Assembly (NCBI GenBank): GCA_028534125.1
Contig: CM052817.1
Span: 34,350,001 to 34,414,000 of the forward strand
DNA length: 64,000 nt
Source of the DNA: Lama glama
Lineage: Eukaryota
Direction of reading: 5' to 3'
The notes below the pieces were generated by a model. The model did not search any database. It saw only the letters and a list, made by a program, of their open reading frames with translations, and was not told the origin of the DNA. Below, piece by piece: positions 39,046-53,015 of this stretch. Numbering within the stretch: position 1 is the stretch's first letter; every line of letters starts with the position of its first letter. Made by a program: the position numbers and the translations under genes.

Positions 39046-39229
39046 GATCCTTTAAATCTATACAACTGGTCAAGACAATAAATACTCTAGGAATTCTCAG
39101 GAGGATAGAAGATTCTGAACTGAAATCACTGAGTAAAAACATCATGAAGATGCAGTTGAGGTAGACTTGTACTAACATCTGAGCCAAAGTGGAGAGAATT
39201 TAGGTAGCCTGCAATACGGGGTCGGATGT

Positions 39230-39689
39230 TGTATTCACCTCTAATTGCTGCTGAAACCTATTACCGCAAACCTAGTGGATCAAAACAACATACATTTATT
39301 ATCTTATAGTTCTGAGGTCAGAATTCTGAAATGAGTCTTACTAAAATCATCATGTTGGCAGAGTATTGTTCTTTCTAGAGTCTCCTTGCCTTTCCATCCT
39401 CTAAAGGTCACTTGAATTCCTTGGTTTGTGACCCCTTCCTTCATCTTCAGAGTGCATCCCCTGAACCTCTGCTTCTGTCATCACATCTTTTTTCTGCCCC
39501 TGATCCTATCATATAAAGACCACTGTGATGACTTGGCCCAGCTGGATAACCCAGGATCATCACCCCATCTCAAGAGCTTTAACTTAACCACAGCTGCAAA
39601 GCCCCTTTGTCTTGTCAAGTTCACATATTCACAGGTTCTGGGGATTGGGATATGGGCATATCTGGCAGTCCAGTACTCCGTCTACCACA
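39230..39689 (-). mobile_element. MLT1D-like MaLR solo LTR
   Basis: TG...CA termini; acatttattatcttatagttctgaggtcagaa; acatattcacaggttctggggatt; 5-bp TSD gatgt/ggtgt. Confidence 0.88.
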
Positions 39690-39712
39690 GGTGTTTCAGG
39701 CAAAGGCTAATG

Positions 39713-39885
39713 CAGTGATCCTCAAAGTGTGGCCCCTGAAATAGCAGCATCAGCATCACCTGGTAATTTGTTAGCTGTCATCCCTGGCCTACTGAATCAG
39801 AAACTCTGGTGAAACCCAGCAATCTGTGTTACAGCAAGCCCTCCACATGGTTCTGATGCCCACTAAACCACCTGGAGAGACACTG
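39713..39885 (-). mobile_element. MER5A-like hAT-Charlie element
   Basis: cagtgatcctcaaagtgtggcccc ... gcagcatcagcatcacctgg ... cctactgaatcagaaactctgg ... caagccctcca. Confidence 0.85.
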
Positions 39886-41859
39886 TCCTAGAGTTTGGGA
39901 AAAGACAAAGCAGGTGCAGAGGCTCTCATGAGTAAATGGACTTCACAGAGACAGGGGACTCCTAGAGCATAAGAAAACAGACTACACGAATGGAATCAGA
40001 ACGTGCAGAGCCTGGAATCTGAGGGGAAGGAACACGTCACAGGTAAATTTCTTTCTCCAAATGTGAATTTGGTGGCCGTCTTACAAAATGAATAACTTAA
40101 CTGAAAACCCTCATTGATTTCATGAGGCATAAAACTCACCTGTTCAAATTCACAAGTTTAAACAAATTGCCCTAGAAAAAAAATTCTCTCCTTTAAACAT
40201 GTAAATCAAACATTTATTTTAAGGATTTCCAGATTAAAGACACAATTTCTTACATACTCCAAATAAATAAAACACAGAAATGTTCAAAAGATTAGTTAAT
40301 AATATTTTAATTCCAGAATGTCTTCCTCCAATTAGCTGTCACAATAGCTGTTATTCATTAGCAATTTTACCATTTTCATTTTTTTCCCTCTAACAAGCAG
40401 CACGATGAGGAATTCTTAAGAACAGTGTTATCTCCAGAAGGCTAGGCTTGCTGAAGAATCGCAGGTGACTTCCCAGGAGGGTTGATTAAGAGCAAGGACA
40501 ATTGCCTTTCCAAAGGCAGAGAAGCGGGGTCATTTAGAATTGTGCTCTGCTGGAGGCAAACAGGAAACGGGAAGCTCTTTCTTACCCTGCCTCCACAGCA
40601 GGAAAAGCAGTGGGAGGAGCCATGTCAGTTCCTGGACCCAGACCAGGAAACAAGGTGGCTTATTCATCTGCAGACCTGAGCTGGTAGGTAGAGTGCAGAC
40701 AGCACGTGCAAGCCACAGTAACTCTCCCTGACAGCCAGTAACACCCATTCAGTTTTAACACTGAGAAAATGAAAAAGAATATTCACTCAAAACACATTAT
40801 TTAGGCTTTAAACAAAAGGAGCCAGTTTTGTCAAGCGGCAGTAAGCAAACAGAAGCCAAGTTTCCTTCTGTCTCCAAAAGTCTTTTGCTGGGCCCACAAT
40901 GTCTCTGGGTGAACACCACCCTAAATCACCATAGCACTCAACTCTAAGAGCTCAAAATAAGCAGAAACTGTAAGATGAGTTTCAGCACCCCCTTACAAAC
41001 ACAGCAATAATAAGAGAAGCTAGTCCATGCTTCCATATATATACTGCTGTACCGAGCCTCCTGGACTTGGCAGAGTGGAGCACCCACAGATTGACAACTT
41101 TGTGTTAGCATTTCTTCATAAAATTTAGCAACACTCCAGAAAACACCTGAGTTTAGAAACAGAAGACACTTAAGTGTTGAATGTGCCATAATCTATCAAC
41201 GTATAAATATCATCATGATTAAACATTTTCAAACTTCTCTCCGGTGCACTGAAAAGGATTCACATAGGACCCACATCACACAGACAAAGCATAAGGGATC
41301 CATGCTTTGAGATTGTATTTGTAGAACGAAAAAGGAGCAGAAGTCAAGTCATGTATCAGGTGCTATTAATTAACTCAAATGCTGGTTCTGACTGGGGCCA
41401 GGTCAAACCAACTGGTCATATGATTCAAGGATTTTCCAAATGTGTTTTTCCTCCAAACGTCTCCACTAGCCATGGCATCCGCAGCCCAGTCACCCAAAAA
41501 AGAAGAGCACGCAGAGCCATCTGGTCTCCCCTCTCCTTTTCTCTCCTGCCACCCTTCCACGCACACAGTCACTTTTAGTCACTTGAGACCCTTTCTCATT
41601 CTACCTCTGAAATGCCCTGCCCTCTTCTCTCCTCCACTCCCACTGCCCTACTCCTGGCCCCAATCCTCTTTCTCTCTGGACGACTGCCTCTTGACTCACA
41701 TCCGAATCCTTGAAACCTTGACCAGAAGGTCGAATTCCCTCCACACAGCAGGCCAAATGTCCCTCACATGTGTATCCCATTCTCCCAGGAAAAACCAACC
41801 GTTTCCTAAACCACGTTTCCATATCATTATTTTTTTTTTAGTTTAACACAATCATTGTA

Positions 41860-42385
41860 TAAAATTACTTCATTGAGATATAGCTCCCATACAGCAAAGG
41901 GCACAAATCTTAAAGGGACAGCTTGATTAATTTTACATATGTGTACAACTGCCCAGATCAAGAAATCAAACATCCCAGCAGCTCCTCAGAACTCTCCTGT
42001 ACCCGCTCCCAGTCAATACTTTGCCACCCGAGGGTGACCACGATTCTAACTTCTATCACACCAGATGAATTTGCCTGGACTTAAATTTCATATACATGGA
42101 ATCACACAGTATGCACTCTTCTGTGTAGTATTCTATGTTATGAATGGACCATATTTTACTTACCTATTCTGCAAATAGATTTTTGGGGTGCTTCAATTTG
42201 GGGGCTATTATAAATAAAGCTCCCATGAAAATTCTTGTACGTATCTTTTTTGTGGACATGTGCATTGCTCCTGTTGGGTGTAGGTATATACCCAGAAGTG
42301 GGATTGCTAGGTCACAGGGTATATGTGTGTGTATAAACATACACCTTGCACATGCACTGGTAAACAGTTTTCCAAAGTGGCTGTA
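41860..42385 (-). mobile_element. Old L1M 3' fragment
   Basis: gcacaaatcttaaagggacagcttgattaatttt; cccagaagtgggattgctaggtcacaggg; acagttttccaaagtggctgtac. Confidence 0.8.
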
Positions 42386-44994
42386 CTTCTCCCTGTCTAC
42401 ATCCCTGAATTATTCCAATAGTTATGCTGTTTTATTTGTTAGTTCTTTATGTGCTTATTCCCCAATTACACTTGAGCTCCTTGAACACAGGTTCCTATAT
42501 GCTCAATATATAGATTATAGATATAATTAAATGTTTATATTATATATGAGAAAAAACCAAATGCATTCACACAGCATGGTGGGGAGGAAGGCTTAAGAAT
42601 CTTATGTTTACCTCCCTTCTGGACCCAGCACAAGGGTGACACATGCCTACCCAAGCCCTGTCAACACCTAAGTCACCCAAAGTGTTCCCTCCATTCCCTG
42701 GTCCCCACCAAGTTGCCCAAAAGCCCACTTGCATTTATACGCCTGGTATTACTGGGTTTTAAACTTGCTGATGCATATTTGATCCATGATTAAACTGCTG
42801 GAAAATTTAATAGGCTAGAACTCCGAAGTTCAACTCTTATTTTTCCCCCTGTAACTCTGTGCAGATTCATCCTGGAATATGCTAAGGAAACTGTGCGCAT
42901 TCACTATCCTTCCTGCCTTTAAGGTGGAATCAATTAGCGCCAAAGTCCTCCACCTCAACCCGGAGATAGAAAACGCCTCCCAGAGAAACACCCCCAAAAG
43001 ATGCATGTCCCTTGATCTGTTTGTGCAGATGGACGGTATTAGTTACACAAACACACGGAGAGAAGATAGGATTACGGTAGGAAGTCCTCCAAAGTTCTCC
43101 AGCTCTCCCTGAAAGTGAATTTCTTGCCCTTCCTGTTTTGGCTTCTAAGTCCTAAATTTTTCACTGCTCTTATATTCCTGAGAGTGTCATGGCACGAACC
43201 ACGTTCTGCTCCCTCTCATAGGGATTCTTTTCTGCATTTTGATGTCGCTTTTAATCAAACATTGGTTCCAGACAGTTTCGGCAACCACATGGAAGAGAAG
43301 CCCTCTGCAACCCTGAAACTGCAGCCTTCCCTGAGCTAGTGTGAAACACAACCCCTAAAGACAAAGATTTATAAAATCTATGCAAAACGGAAGATACATA
43401 TTGCTACGGTTTTCTTTCAGCCAAAAGCTAAAATTAAAATGTCCTTTTGATTTTAAATAAAGTGTTTCTTTTAATTAAAAGAAACTCTATGTTGCTTGCT
43501 GTTGCTACCCTATTCAATAGGAGAGGTTTCGTGGGAAAAATTCAGATCTGGCAGAAGGCAGCCATTCTGTGCAAGAGGCATCTCCTGCTCCCTCTTAAGA
43601 GATGCTTCTAAAATGAGCCCAACAAGTAAGCATTTCTGAACACCCTAGGGCTTTTCACCAGCTTGCACCTCTCGCTGCCCCCTCTCAAAATCACTATTAG
43701 TGAAATGACTGCTACTGGAATTCATTGAAACCTGGCAAACATTGTTATTCACCCTGGGCCAGGGGTCAAGTTACCATTGGCAGAGCAGGATGCAAAATGT
43801 AATAATCTGGCTGCTGCTTTAGGAAAAGCTCAGGCAGTTTAAGTAGTTATTTGGCCTGTGACATTTTTATAGGTTTTACAAATGTCCCACCCAATCCTCC
43901 CTGCCAAGTTGTTATGCCAGTTACCCCTCAGGATGCCCAAGAGAGATGGCATGTAATCTCCAACTCAAATAACGCCTTTGTATTTAAATATCAAAAAATG
44001 GTGGCAAAGGAAATATAAATGTTGGGATGCTTTAATTATTATTTAAAACAAAATATATAATTCATAGTTGTCTGAATGTTTCCTACAAATTCTAGCCCAA
44101 GGAAACTTCCCCTCTTTAACCTGTTTTATCTTAGATCTTGCTTCCCTTCCCCTCTTCCTTCTACACCTACCTCTCTCTCTCTTTTCCTCTCCCTCTCTAC
44201 CCACAACACACACACAGACACATGCTTTCCTGTATTGCAGTGCTTCTCCCCATATCACCATGACACGACATCTAACTGATATTGTCGATCTGAACAACCT
44301 CAGCATATATATCCCCTTACCCTATATACCTGGACAACCTCAGCATATGTAACTGCTCAAACTAACACAACACATTGGTCTCTTGCAAATCCCATGCTGA
44401 ACCAAGCAAGTACTCTCCTTACTGCTCTTTACACGTCCCTTCCAGGCCAAAGTACAAGGGGACCACAGCGTTCACACTGCTATCCAACGACTCAGCCGTG
44501 GAATAACTACAATTCAATCAGGAAACATGTTCGGAAAAAAAAATTTACATAGAAAGGTTAAAGTAACAATAACAACACTAAGTCTAATAATGATTATTAT
44601 AATAAATTACACATAATCTCACCTCACTAATACTAACTCTATTTTGCAGACTTAATCTTACAAAACTGGATACCCTACATGTGCACATTAATCTTACATT
44701 CATCTTTTTCCATTTAACATGATGCTAAACATTTCATTTTTATAATGACTGCCCAAAATTTTTACCTAAAATTCACCTAATTTTGTCAGCAGTAATGTCC
44801 ACTGGGTATCTTATCTATTCTAAGACTACATTACTACATTGCTTAATTTGATATGCAATAAAAATAAATATTTCAAAATATTAAGAAATAGTTGCTCTAG
44901 GGGATGGGACTGGGTGATTTTTCCTCTTCCTATTTTTATACTTCCTAAATTTTCTATAATGAACATGTATCTTTTTGTTTGAAGACTTCATTTT

Positions 44995-45262
44995 ATAATA
45001 ATAATAACCATCACTTATCAAGTGTTGACTATATAGCAGGCACTCTTTTAACTCCTTTATATAATACTCAGCCTTATAACATTTCATCCTTATAACCACC
45101 CTAAAAATAAATACTATTAGTATCCCCATTTGACAGATGAGGAAACTGAGGCACAGAGCCATTAAAGAAATTGCACAAAGTTACAGAGTTATACGTAGAG
45201 CAGCAAGGATTTTAACTCAGGCAGGCCAATTCCAGGGTCTTCACTCTCACACTATAATGCTA
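44995..45262 (-). mobile_element. MIR SINE
   Basis: tatccccatttgacagatgaggaaactgaggcacagag ... ggattttaactcaggcagg. Confidence 0.9.
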
Positions 45263-46935
45263 ACATTAAAAAAAAACAAAACCAGAGTTTGCTTTCTAAA
45301 TATAGTTAAGGTGTAACCATTTTAAAACATCCTACTGGCTGGCTGGCTTCATGCTGCAATGGGACTTCACTGTGTTTTTGGTATTTTGAGATTGCTATGT
45401 GCCCGGTGTAGCGTCATCTATATCACCACCATCACCATCATCATCACGATCAACCTTAGTACTGCCATCATTAAAAACCCTTTATTAAGCTTTTAGTGTG
45501 TGCAAAACGGTATACCATTTAGGGAAATACAAAGTATGTAAAACACATGTTCTTTACTCTTGAGAATACCAGAGGTGTTCTGAGAACAGCTTCTAAATAA
45601 AAAGGCGATAAATAGCCATGGAACATGAATTGAGAAATTACATAAGTATCTGAAAATCATAGGCAAAAAGTAAAAACTTCTTCTACCTAAAGTACAAAAA
45701 TAATTGAAGATAGTGCATAATGAAGGGCTTTTATTGATTTGGGATAATAGCTTCAGATCCCCTCTCCACTCTACACATATAAGGTTTACAGAGAGAAAAA
45801 TAAAGATTAAAGTCAGCTGCACATACTACACCATTCCTTTATGATATTTTCAGCCTGGATCACATAATTCCCTGGTTCTTACATTAAATTAAAAATAACT
45901 ATTTTCATATGTAATATGTAATTGTGTGTAACAAGTTGAATGAAATAAGATTCTGACCCTTTATCTTCCAAAATAGTGTAAATACCATTAGTAAAAGTAA
46001 GTTTCTTAGTTCTAATCAACAGATAATAATTGCAAGTTACATTAAGAAGGTAGCAAGTCTAAAATTAAGCAACAGCTCTGCCAATTTATTCAAATGAATG
46101 TGCTTGTCTCATATAATCTATCTTGCATTTTTGAAACCTACCTGATTTATTTGGTATAATACAGTAAAAGTAGACATATATTTTGAAGAATAAAAACCTA
46201 CTTTGTACTAATTAAGAATATTTTTAAAGATTTTATATATGTACCTTCAAATGGCTACTAAAACCCAAACTAATTAAAATGAGGCTTAGAAGATGGCCTT
46301 AGGAAACTATTTTAGCAGATAACAAAAATAATTAGTTGGTACTATATAAATTGTATACAAAATGTTTTTCTGAAACACTTGGAAGTACTTAATTATGATT
46401 TGTACTTGTAAACACTCTAAATATTTTCATAACATCTTGTTTAGACTATTAAATTATTTGGCAATCCTTTTTTGCATAGATACAAAAGTAAACTTCCATG
46501 AATATGGAAACTGTGGTGTCCAATTAATGAGAACGTCTTAAGATTAGAGGCAAATCCCAATCATGTAGGACTTCTCCATCATTTCTCAACTCTGACTTTG
46601 TAGGTCTCCTTGACCCTGGTTCTAGTGAAACCTCCCTAAGTGGGGCAGATTTATTTTCCTTTTATATCAGGTCAGTATTTCTTTTGCTTTTTCCTGACAA
46701 TTTATTTTTTGCTATGACTTTAATCTTCATCAGTCCATACAGGCAGCTTCTTATTCATTTCACTTATAAACCCTACCAAAGTAATGTCTCTCATGTTTTA
46801 TACATACTAAAATATGGTGATGCCTTTAATTTAACAAGTTTCCTTTCTGTAAAAACCTGGAATTTTTCAGAGAAATAGCCAACCTCATATACTCACTTAT
46901 TTTTTTAATAATGTTTGAGCTTTAAAAGTCTGGGG

Positions 46936-47559
46936 GATACTAACTACTATATGTAGAACAGAATACAACAAGTTTCTTCTGTGTAGCACAGGGAACTATA
47001 TTCAACACCTTGTAGTAACCTATAATGAAAAAGAACATGAAAAGGAATATGTGTATGTATACATATGACTGAAACATTATGCTGTACACCAGAAACTGGC
47101 ACAACATTGTAAACTGACTACCTCAATTAAAAAAAAAAAGATTTGAATCTAAAAAAACAAACAAACAAACAAAGCATAAATACAAAACAGAAACAGACTC
47201 ATAGCCATAGAATACAAACTTGTGCTTGCCAAGGGGGCGGAGGGTGGGAAGGGACAGATGGGATTTCAAAATTGCAGAATAGATAAACAAGATTATACTG
47301 TAAAGCACAGGGAAATATACACAAGATCCTATGGTAGCTCACAGAGAAAAAAATGTGACAATGAATATATATATGTTCATGTATAACTGAAAAATTGTGC
47401 TCTACACTGGAATTTGACACAACATTATAAAATGATTATAAATCAATAAAAAAAATTAAGAAAAAAACAGCTCTAAATCATACAGCAAAAAAAATAAAAA
47501 ATGTTAAAAAGAAAAAAGAATGGGAAAAAAGATTTTTAAAATAAATAAATAATTTTTTT
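46936..47559 (+). mobile_element. Older camelid-type L1 3' UTR (outer element; tail interrupted by a younger L1)
   Basis: tagcacagggaactatattcaacaccttgtagtaacc ... ctgtacaccagaaact; TSD aagtctgggg at 46926-46935 and 47560-47569. Confidence 0.88.
47145..47524 (+). mobile_element. Young camelid L1 3' UTR nested in the tail of the previous L1
   Basis: gaatctaaaaaaacaaac ... cactggaatttgacacaacatt; TSD aaaaaagattt at 47134-47144 and 47525-47535. Confidence 0.9.
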
Positions 47560-47769
47560 AAGTCTGGGGAATACAATTTCTCATACGGAATAAAGCTGAA
47601 AAAATAAAAACAAAAAATCTCCAGGGTTCACAGTTACCCCTTTGGTGAAGTCTTAGTATGTTACTCTTAGTATTCAAGTCCATAACTTGGTCCCTGATCT
47701 GCCTTCCCAATCTTACCTTCCACTCCATCTCAAAACTATTCTCTTCAGTACTTAAGTTCAAGCTATTAT

Positions 47770-48095
47770 TTCAGGGTTCTCACCTGTAAAATGGGTTAAT
47801 AATCTTTATTTCTACTAGTTGTGAAATTTAATGTAAATTAAGCACTAATGCACCTAGCATGGAGGCTAGAACATGGTAAGTGTGCAAAACAAGAGAGGAG
47901 GAGTGGAAGACATACAGAGTTGGGCCTGGATCTCAGAGAACTGCTCATGGCAATATTACTCTCTCTGAGCCTCAGTTTTCTCATCTGTAAAATGGAATTA
48001 AGACTATTAGACAGGGTTCAACATAAAGCACTTCGCACAGAACCTGGCATAGAGCAGGCTCAAAGTAGACACATGTTACAAATGAATAAATGAAT
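47770..48095 (+). mobile_element. Two MIR fragments
   Basis: ttctcacctgtaaaatgggttaataat; ctctgagcctcagttttctcatctgtaaaatgga ... aacctggcatagagcaggctca. Confidence 0.75.
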
Positions 48096-49608
48096 GCTAC
48101 TATCCTCCATGTAAAGCAAGAGAAAGAGACATCGATTTCCAGAGATTCACTTTAAATCCACTGAGTCCACCTCTCCAAACCAGAGAACATAGGCGCTTGG
48201 AAGACAGAGGCAAAGCAACTTCACGGGATTACCTTCCAAAATTTATTTTGGAGCTCGGCTTTGCTCAGAATGGCTGATCTAAAATCCAGCTGCCAGTGAC
48301 TACTGGGTTTGGGCACTGTTAGAAATGAAGAGTGAGATACCTTGGTCAAAGCTGGCCTGGCCAATTCTATGAAACAATAATCAGACACAGACTAATCCTT
48401 CTATAAAGTTTACAGGGCAAATTTTATCTCTATCAGACCTTCTACCCTTGGTCACCTCTCCATGGAGAATGAGAAATGACAAAGCTAAATAAAGTAAAAG
48501 GTACCTCCTTGTTTTTTGAAATAAGTATGAACCATTAAATTCACCAGTTTAAGTTTAGAATCAGAAACATTAAAGTTTATGTAATAAGCACAATGTCATC
48601 TTAAAATGGAAACCATTTCCCTGTTAGAATCCCAGGGGACAGACATTGGTACCAAGAAGCCAGGGAAAGGATAAGTAGCTGGTCAGCTGAAGGAAGAAAG
48701 AGTCAGAGAATAGAGACCCAAGGAGGGAAGGGGAAAACGAAATGACCATGGAAAAAATAATAAATTCATCTGAGAAACAGGTGAAGGTCCAATGCTGAGG
48801 AATCAGATCCAACAGGGAAAGGAAAGAAAATTAATTAAGTACCTGGGCCTGGAACTAAGCACTTTCACATTTGTAATTATGACTCCTATGTTTCAGAGGA
48901 GGAAAATAAACAACGACTAAATAAACTTTTCAGAGTGACTAGAACAAAAATTCAGACAAGTCTTACAACATCAAGAAAAAAAAAAGACAAAGAAATAACC
49001 CTTTATGTTGTCATCTGACCCTCACTCACATCTTATCTAATCAGCAGGATGTCAATGAGAAGGTTTTGAATCAAATACAGTTGTGGGAAACACGCCTCAG
49101 CTCTTCTACGTGGAGACAAAGACAAGATCACTCTTTGTTCATTTTTGTCCTCTAGAACAGTGGCTTGTACGTAATAGCTACACCATGAGTTGAATTTCAC
49201 TGAATAGATGATATATTACTAAAAAGTGTCTATATTCAGTTTTTTCATAACAACAAAGCCTTAAGGCTTTCGATATGGCAAACTCTCACTTTCCAATCAA
49301 GGATCCCAGAAAATATCCAACCTCCTCTCCTGCCTTTGGCTTCCTGCCATGAGCCACTGATGCCATCAGGATGAATAAAGCTAACAGAACTCTTCTTACA
49401 AAAAAACAGTTGGAGGAAAACAGTCCTGCTAGTGCATTTTATTATCTAAACCCCTAACTACTTGTATGTATGTGTGCTTCACATCCTTGGTTATTCTCCT
49501 CTGAGACTATGCCTGGTTCTTCTAAATGAACTGTGGCTTCTTAGGTCTTTTTCCTTCCACGTAGCCCCCATGCAGACCTGCAAACTCTAGGGTTCAATAA
49601 ATGCTTCT

Positions 49609-49732
49609 ATTTTTTAAAATTGAAGTATAGTCAGTGACAATGTGTCAATCCCTGGTGCACAGCGTAATGTCCCAGTCATGCACATATGTACATATATTTG
49701 TTTCCATATTCTTTTTCATTAGAGGCTATTAC
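49609..49732 (-). mobile_element. Short L1 3' UTR fragment
   Basis: attgaagtatagtcagtgacaatgtgtcaa ... atattctttttcatta; same family as 11294-11512. Confidence 0.85.
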
Positions 49733-49899
49733 TCTTGATAGTCACAGTCTAACATAGAGTTTAGAAATTCCCTCTGTCTGTTTCTCTAAAAAATTTCATT
49801 ATTACCCTCATTCTGCAAGTGTTTCTGAAATCAACTTTTTTTAAACTGAAGGAAAGAACTGAGTAGATAGGTTAGGTTGATAAAATAGCCTTGAGTCCC

Positions 49900-50572
49900 T
49901 TTTATTGTCCTCATTTAGGCTCTTCTTATCTCCTGTTTGGATAAGCTCCCTACCTGGCTTCTCTGCCCACGACTTCTTCGCTTCAACTCATCCTTTACAC
50001 CACTGCCAGAAAAAGCACAATGGAGTTCAGGTCGCTGTCCTCCTCAGCAAACTTTAATGGCTCTCTCTTACCTGCAGAATAAAGTAACAGTGTCCTTGGT
50101 ATAATATTCAAGACTTTCCAAAGTCCAACACCAGCCTTCTTTTCCCACCTCAACACCTTAACTCTATCTACCTGCCTCATATTCCAAGCTCCACTGACCA
50201 TCAGCTGAACATGTTGCATTTTCAAGACTCGGCGTCATGTTCATTCCTTTTCTTCAACCTAGATTGCCCTTCTCTATTCACCTACCAAAATCCAGCTCAT
50301 CCTCTAAGACTCAGTTTCACCTCTCTGTACCACCACCACTGAGATCCCCAAGTAGAATCAATTACTCCTTTTCTGGGTTCACACTGTATCATACATCACT
50401 AATAAATACTTATCTTCTGTGTATTTCTCTAATGGCTGTAGAATGGTTGTCTTTCCTTGCTACTAGTGGAAGCTCCTTAAAAGCAGGCATTGGGAATTTA
50501 TTATTTATATTTGTTTCCTTCACAGTGGGGAGCCCAGGGTCTTGTGCAGAACAGAGACTGATAAAAATGCTT
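49900..50572 (+). mobile_element. L2 fragment
   Basis: cacactgccaga ... aactttaatggctctc ... tcaagactttcca ... agctccttaaaagcaggc. Confidence 0.7.
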
Positions 50573-50576
50573 TAGA

Positions 50577-50779
50577 AGTTCGGGATTAGCAGACACAAAC
50601 TACTATATAAGAAACAGATAAACAACAAGGGCCTACAATATAGCACAGGGAACTATATTCAATACCTTGTAATACTCTATAACGAAAAAGAATATATATG
50701 TATGTATGACTGAATCACTACACTGTACACCAGAAACTAACACAACATTCTATATCAACTATACTTCAATTAAAAAAAA
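50577..50779 (+). mobile_element. L1 3' UTR fragment inserted in the L2 tail
   Basis: gggattagcagacacaaactactatataa ... tagcacagggaactatattcaatacc ... caactatacttcaattaaaaaaaa. Confidence 0.9.
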
Positions 50780-53015
50780 TGAGTGAATAAGTGAATGACA
50801 TAATGTAGTCAGTGAACCATCAGCAGATCCTTAGCAATGGAGTGAGACATCGGGAGTTTATGATGCAACATGTGGCTCAGCCCTTTCAGAGGAGAGAGAG
50901 CAAATCAGTGAGCTTAACTGACAATATACATTTTTCTCAAAATGAGGGAAAGGCATCCCCTGGTGAAGATGGTGGCTCATTCTTACGGCTCCTTAAATAT
51001 TAAATGAAGGCAGGCTGTTTTCTCTTCCTTTGCCTCCACTTTGTACTATGGCTACCACTGGCCCAATCTGCTCAGTGCCCAGCACGTGAGATGTGCATGC
51101 TTAATAAACTCTTGCCCCAGCTTCTGCCTGGGTCTGAAGCCCAGTTGGCAGTGACTCTCAGACCAAGAGGTTCTGTGTGGAGGGCTCAGGGTTTTCCTTG
51201 ACAGGTCAGGATCCCAGTGCCAGGCACCAACACAGCTGCCCCCCACCAGGGGAAACGCTGGACAGAAATGAAGGAGTCAGGAAGGCGGTGAAGGGCACGG
51301 AGACGACCAGGAGGGGTGGGCGGCAGGCAGCAGAAGCTGACAGAGATTCCCTGGTGAAGGCTGGTGGCCTGTGGAAATTCCGCTTGGCGGCTAAGCCCAC
51401 TCCCTGTGGCCTCTGGTGACTCCCTGGCGAGATAAGGACTTGGATCTTAAGCCAAGTCTTCCTTCGCTAGAACCGAATGTATTAGAAGCCATGAGGGGAA
51501 TTAAGTTTGCTTTGAACCACTCACCATGTCTTGTTTTGCAGCCTTGGTGAGCAAAAAGAGGGTGGAGGGGAAGGTTGGAGAAATGGTATGCCTGTAACTC
51601 CCTTAATGTGTCAACACAGTGTGGTGCTTGCAGGAGTATTTGTTTTAGCAATCTTAAAATCGGTGTGACATAAGAGAGGATTTCCAACAGGACAGTGCCA
51701 AGTGAGATCATGATCACATTAAGATCCGGACGGTCAGTGGCTTCTCAACCATATGGCCCCACGGATAAGCAGCTTAGGCCTTCTGCCCAGTGAACCCAAT
51801 CTGAGTGTAAAAGGGAAAGAGTAACTCTTGTTCTAGACTGTAGAATTTTACCATAAGTAATTAAATTTACAAGAAACCGAACACCTTATTAAACAGCTCT
51901 ATGTCTCCCTGATTATGGGGGAGTGGCCACTCCTGCTTCCTCCATTTGGAAAATAGGCCTGGAAAACAGACCTTCATGAGGCAGCAGAAAGGAAGACACT
52001 GAACAGAACTCATGATCAAAATATCTAGCTGCCTGTTTGGGGAAGCTCTCCAGGCTGTGTTTACCAACTCCCTGCCTCTCTTCTTTCAAAACACAGGAGA
52101 AAAACAAAGTGGAATCCTGAAGTGCATTTCAGAAAACCCCATGCAAATTTCAGGATTAAAATCGGGGTGGTCAGTGCTACAGAAACAATCAAGTTACTAG
52201 GTCATGAGGGATGCTGACATACAGGGGCAGGAAATGCGGGGGACAAGACCTGCAATGTAAGGGGGAAACACAGAGGCCTCTTAAGTCTTTTGACTGAAAT
52301 TCCCCCAAAACCTTTCAGCGCTATAGTTGTGTATTTAGATGAGTGTTCTCTTCTCATTAAGGAAGACAAGTCATCTATAAACAGAACCGTAAGAGGCAGC
52401 AGGGGGAGGTAAGTTCCCCAAGATTTATATGTAGTATCTGTCTGATGCACAGAGGAGGGAGAGACTTTCCTGGCTGGAGGAGTGGAGATGACTTCATGGC
52501 GGGGGTGGGAGCACATATGGACTGCATCTTCAAGAATTTTGACAAGACAGGTGGGAGTGAAGGGCATTCAAGGAGAAGAGAGCAATGTGAATAAAGGCAT
52601 AGAGACAGTTCAGATGGCAGATGGGCAAGGTCCGTGAGTTATGAGAGTAATGCAGAGTGAGAATGGAAAGGTGAACGGGGACCGTGAACATCACGAAAGG
52701 CCTTCAGCACGACAAGCCTTGAGCACAAGAAGCCCTGGCTGTTCTCAGGCAGCAATATGGAGTCGTTGAAGGTTCATGCACAGGAAAGCGATCCAAGCTA
52801 TGATTTTTTGATAGGTTGACTGTTCATTTTCCAGGTGAGAAGGCAGAGGAGAGATTAGACCAGGGGAGAAAAGGAGGAAGAAAGACCATTTGGGAGACTA
52901 CTGCAATAATCTGATGAAAGGGGATGATGGTTCCAACTAGGGACATAGAAACATCTGATGCTGCTGCTGACACTGATCATCTGGAATAAGCAAAGGGGAA
53001 GTGACTAAGTCAAGT

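Noticed and set aside
44290..44348. Repeat-spacer-repeat resembling a CRISPR unit
   Set aside because: Only two copies, in mammalian DNA, with no cas genes.
45423..45447. CAC/CAT run that could encode poly-His
   Set aside because: No surrounding ORF or splice context; it is a simple trinucleotide repeat.
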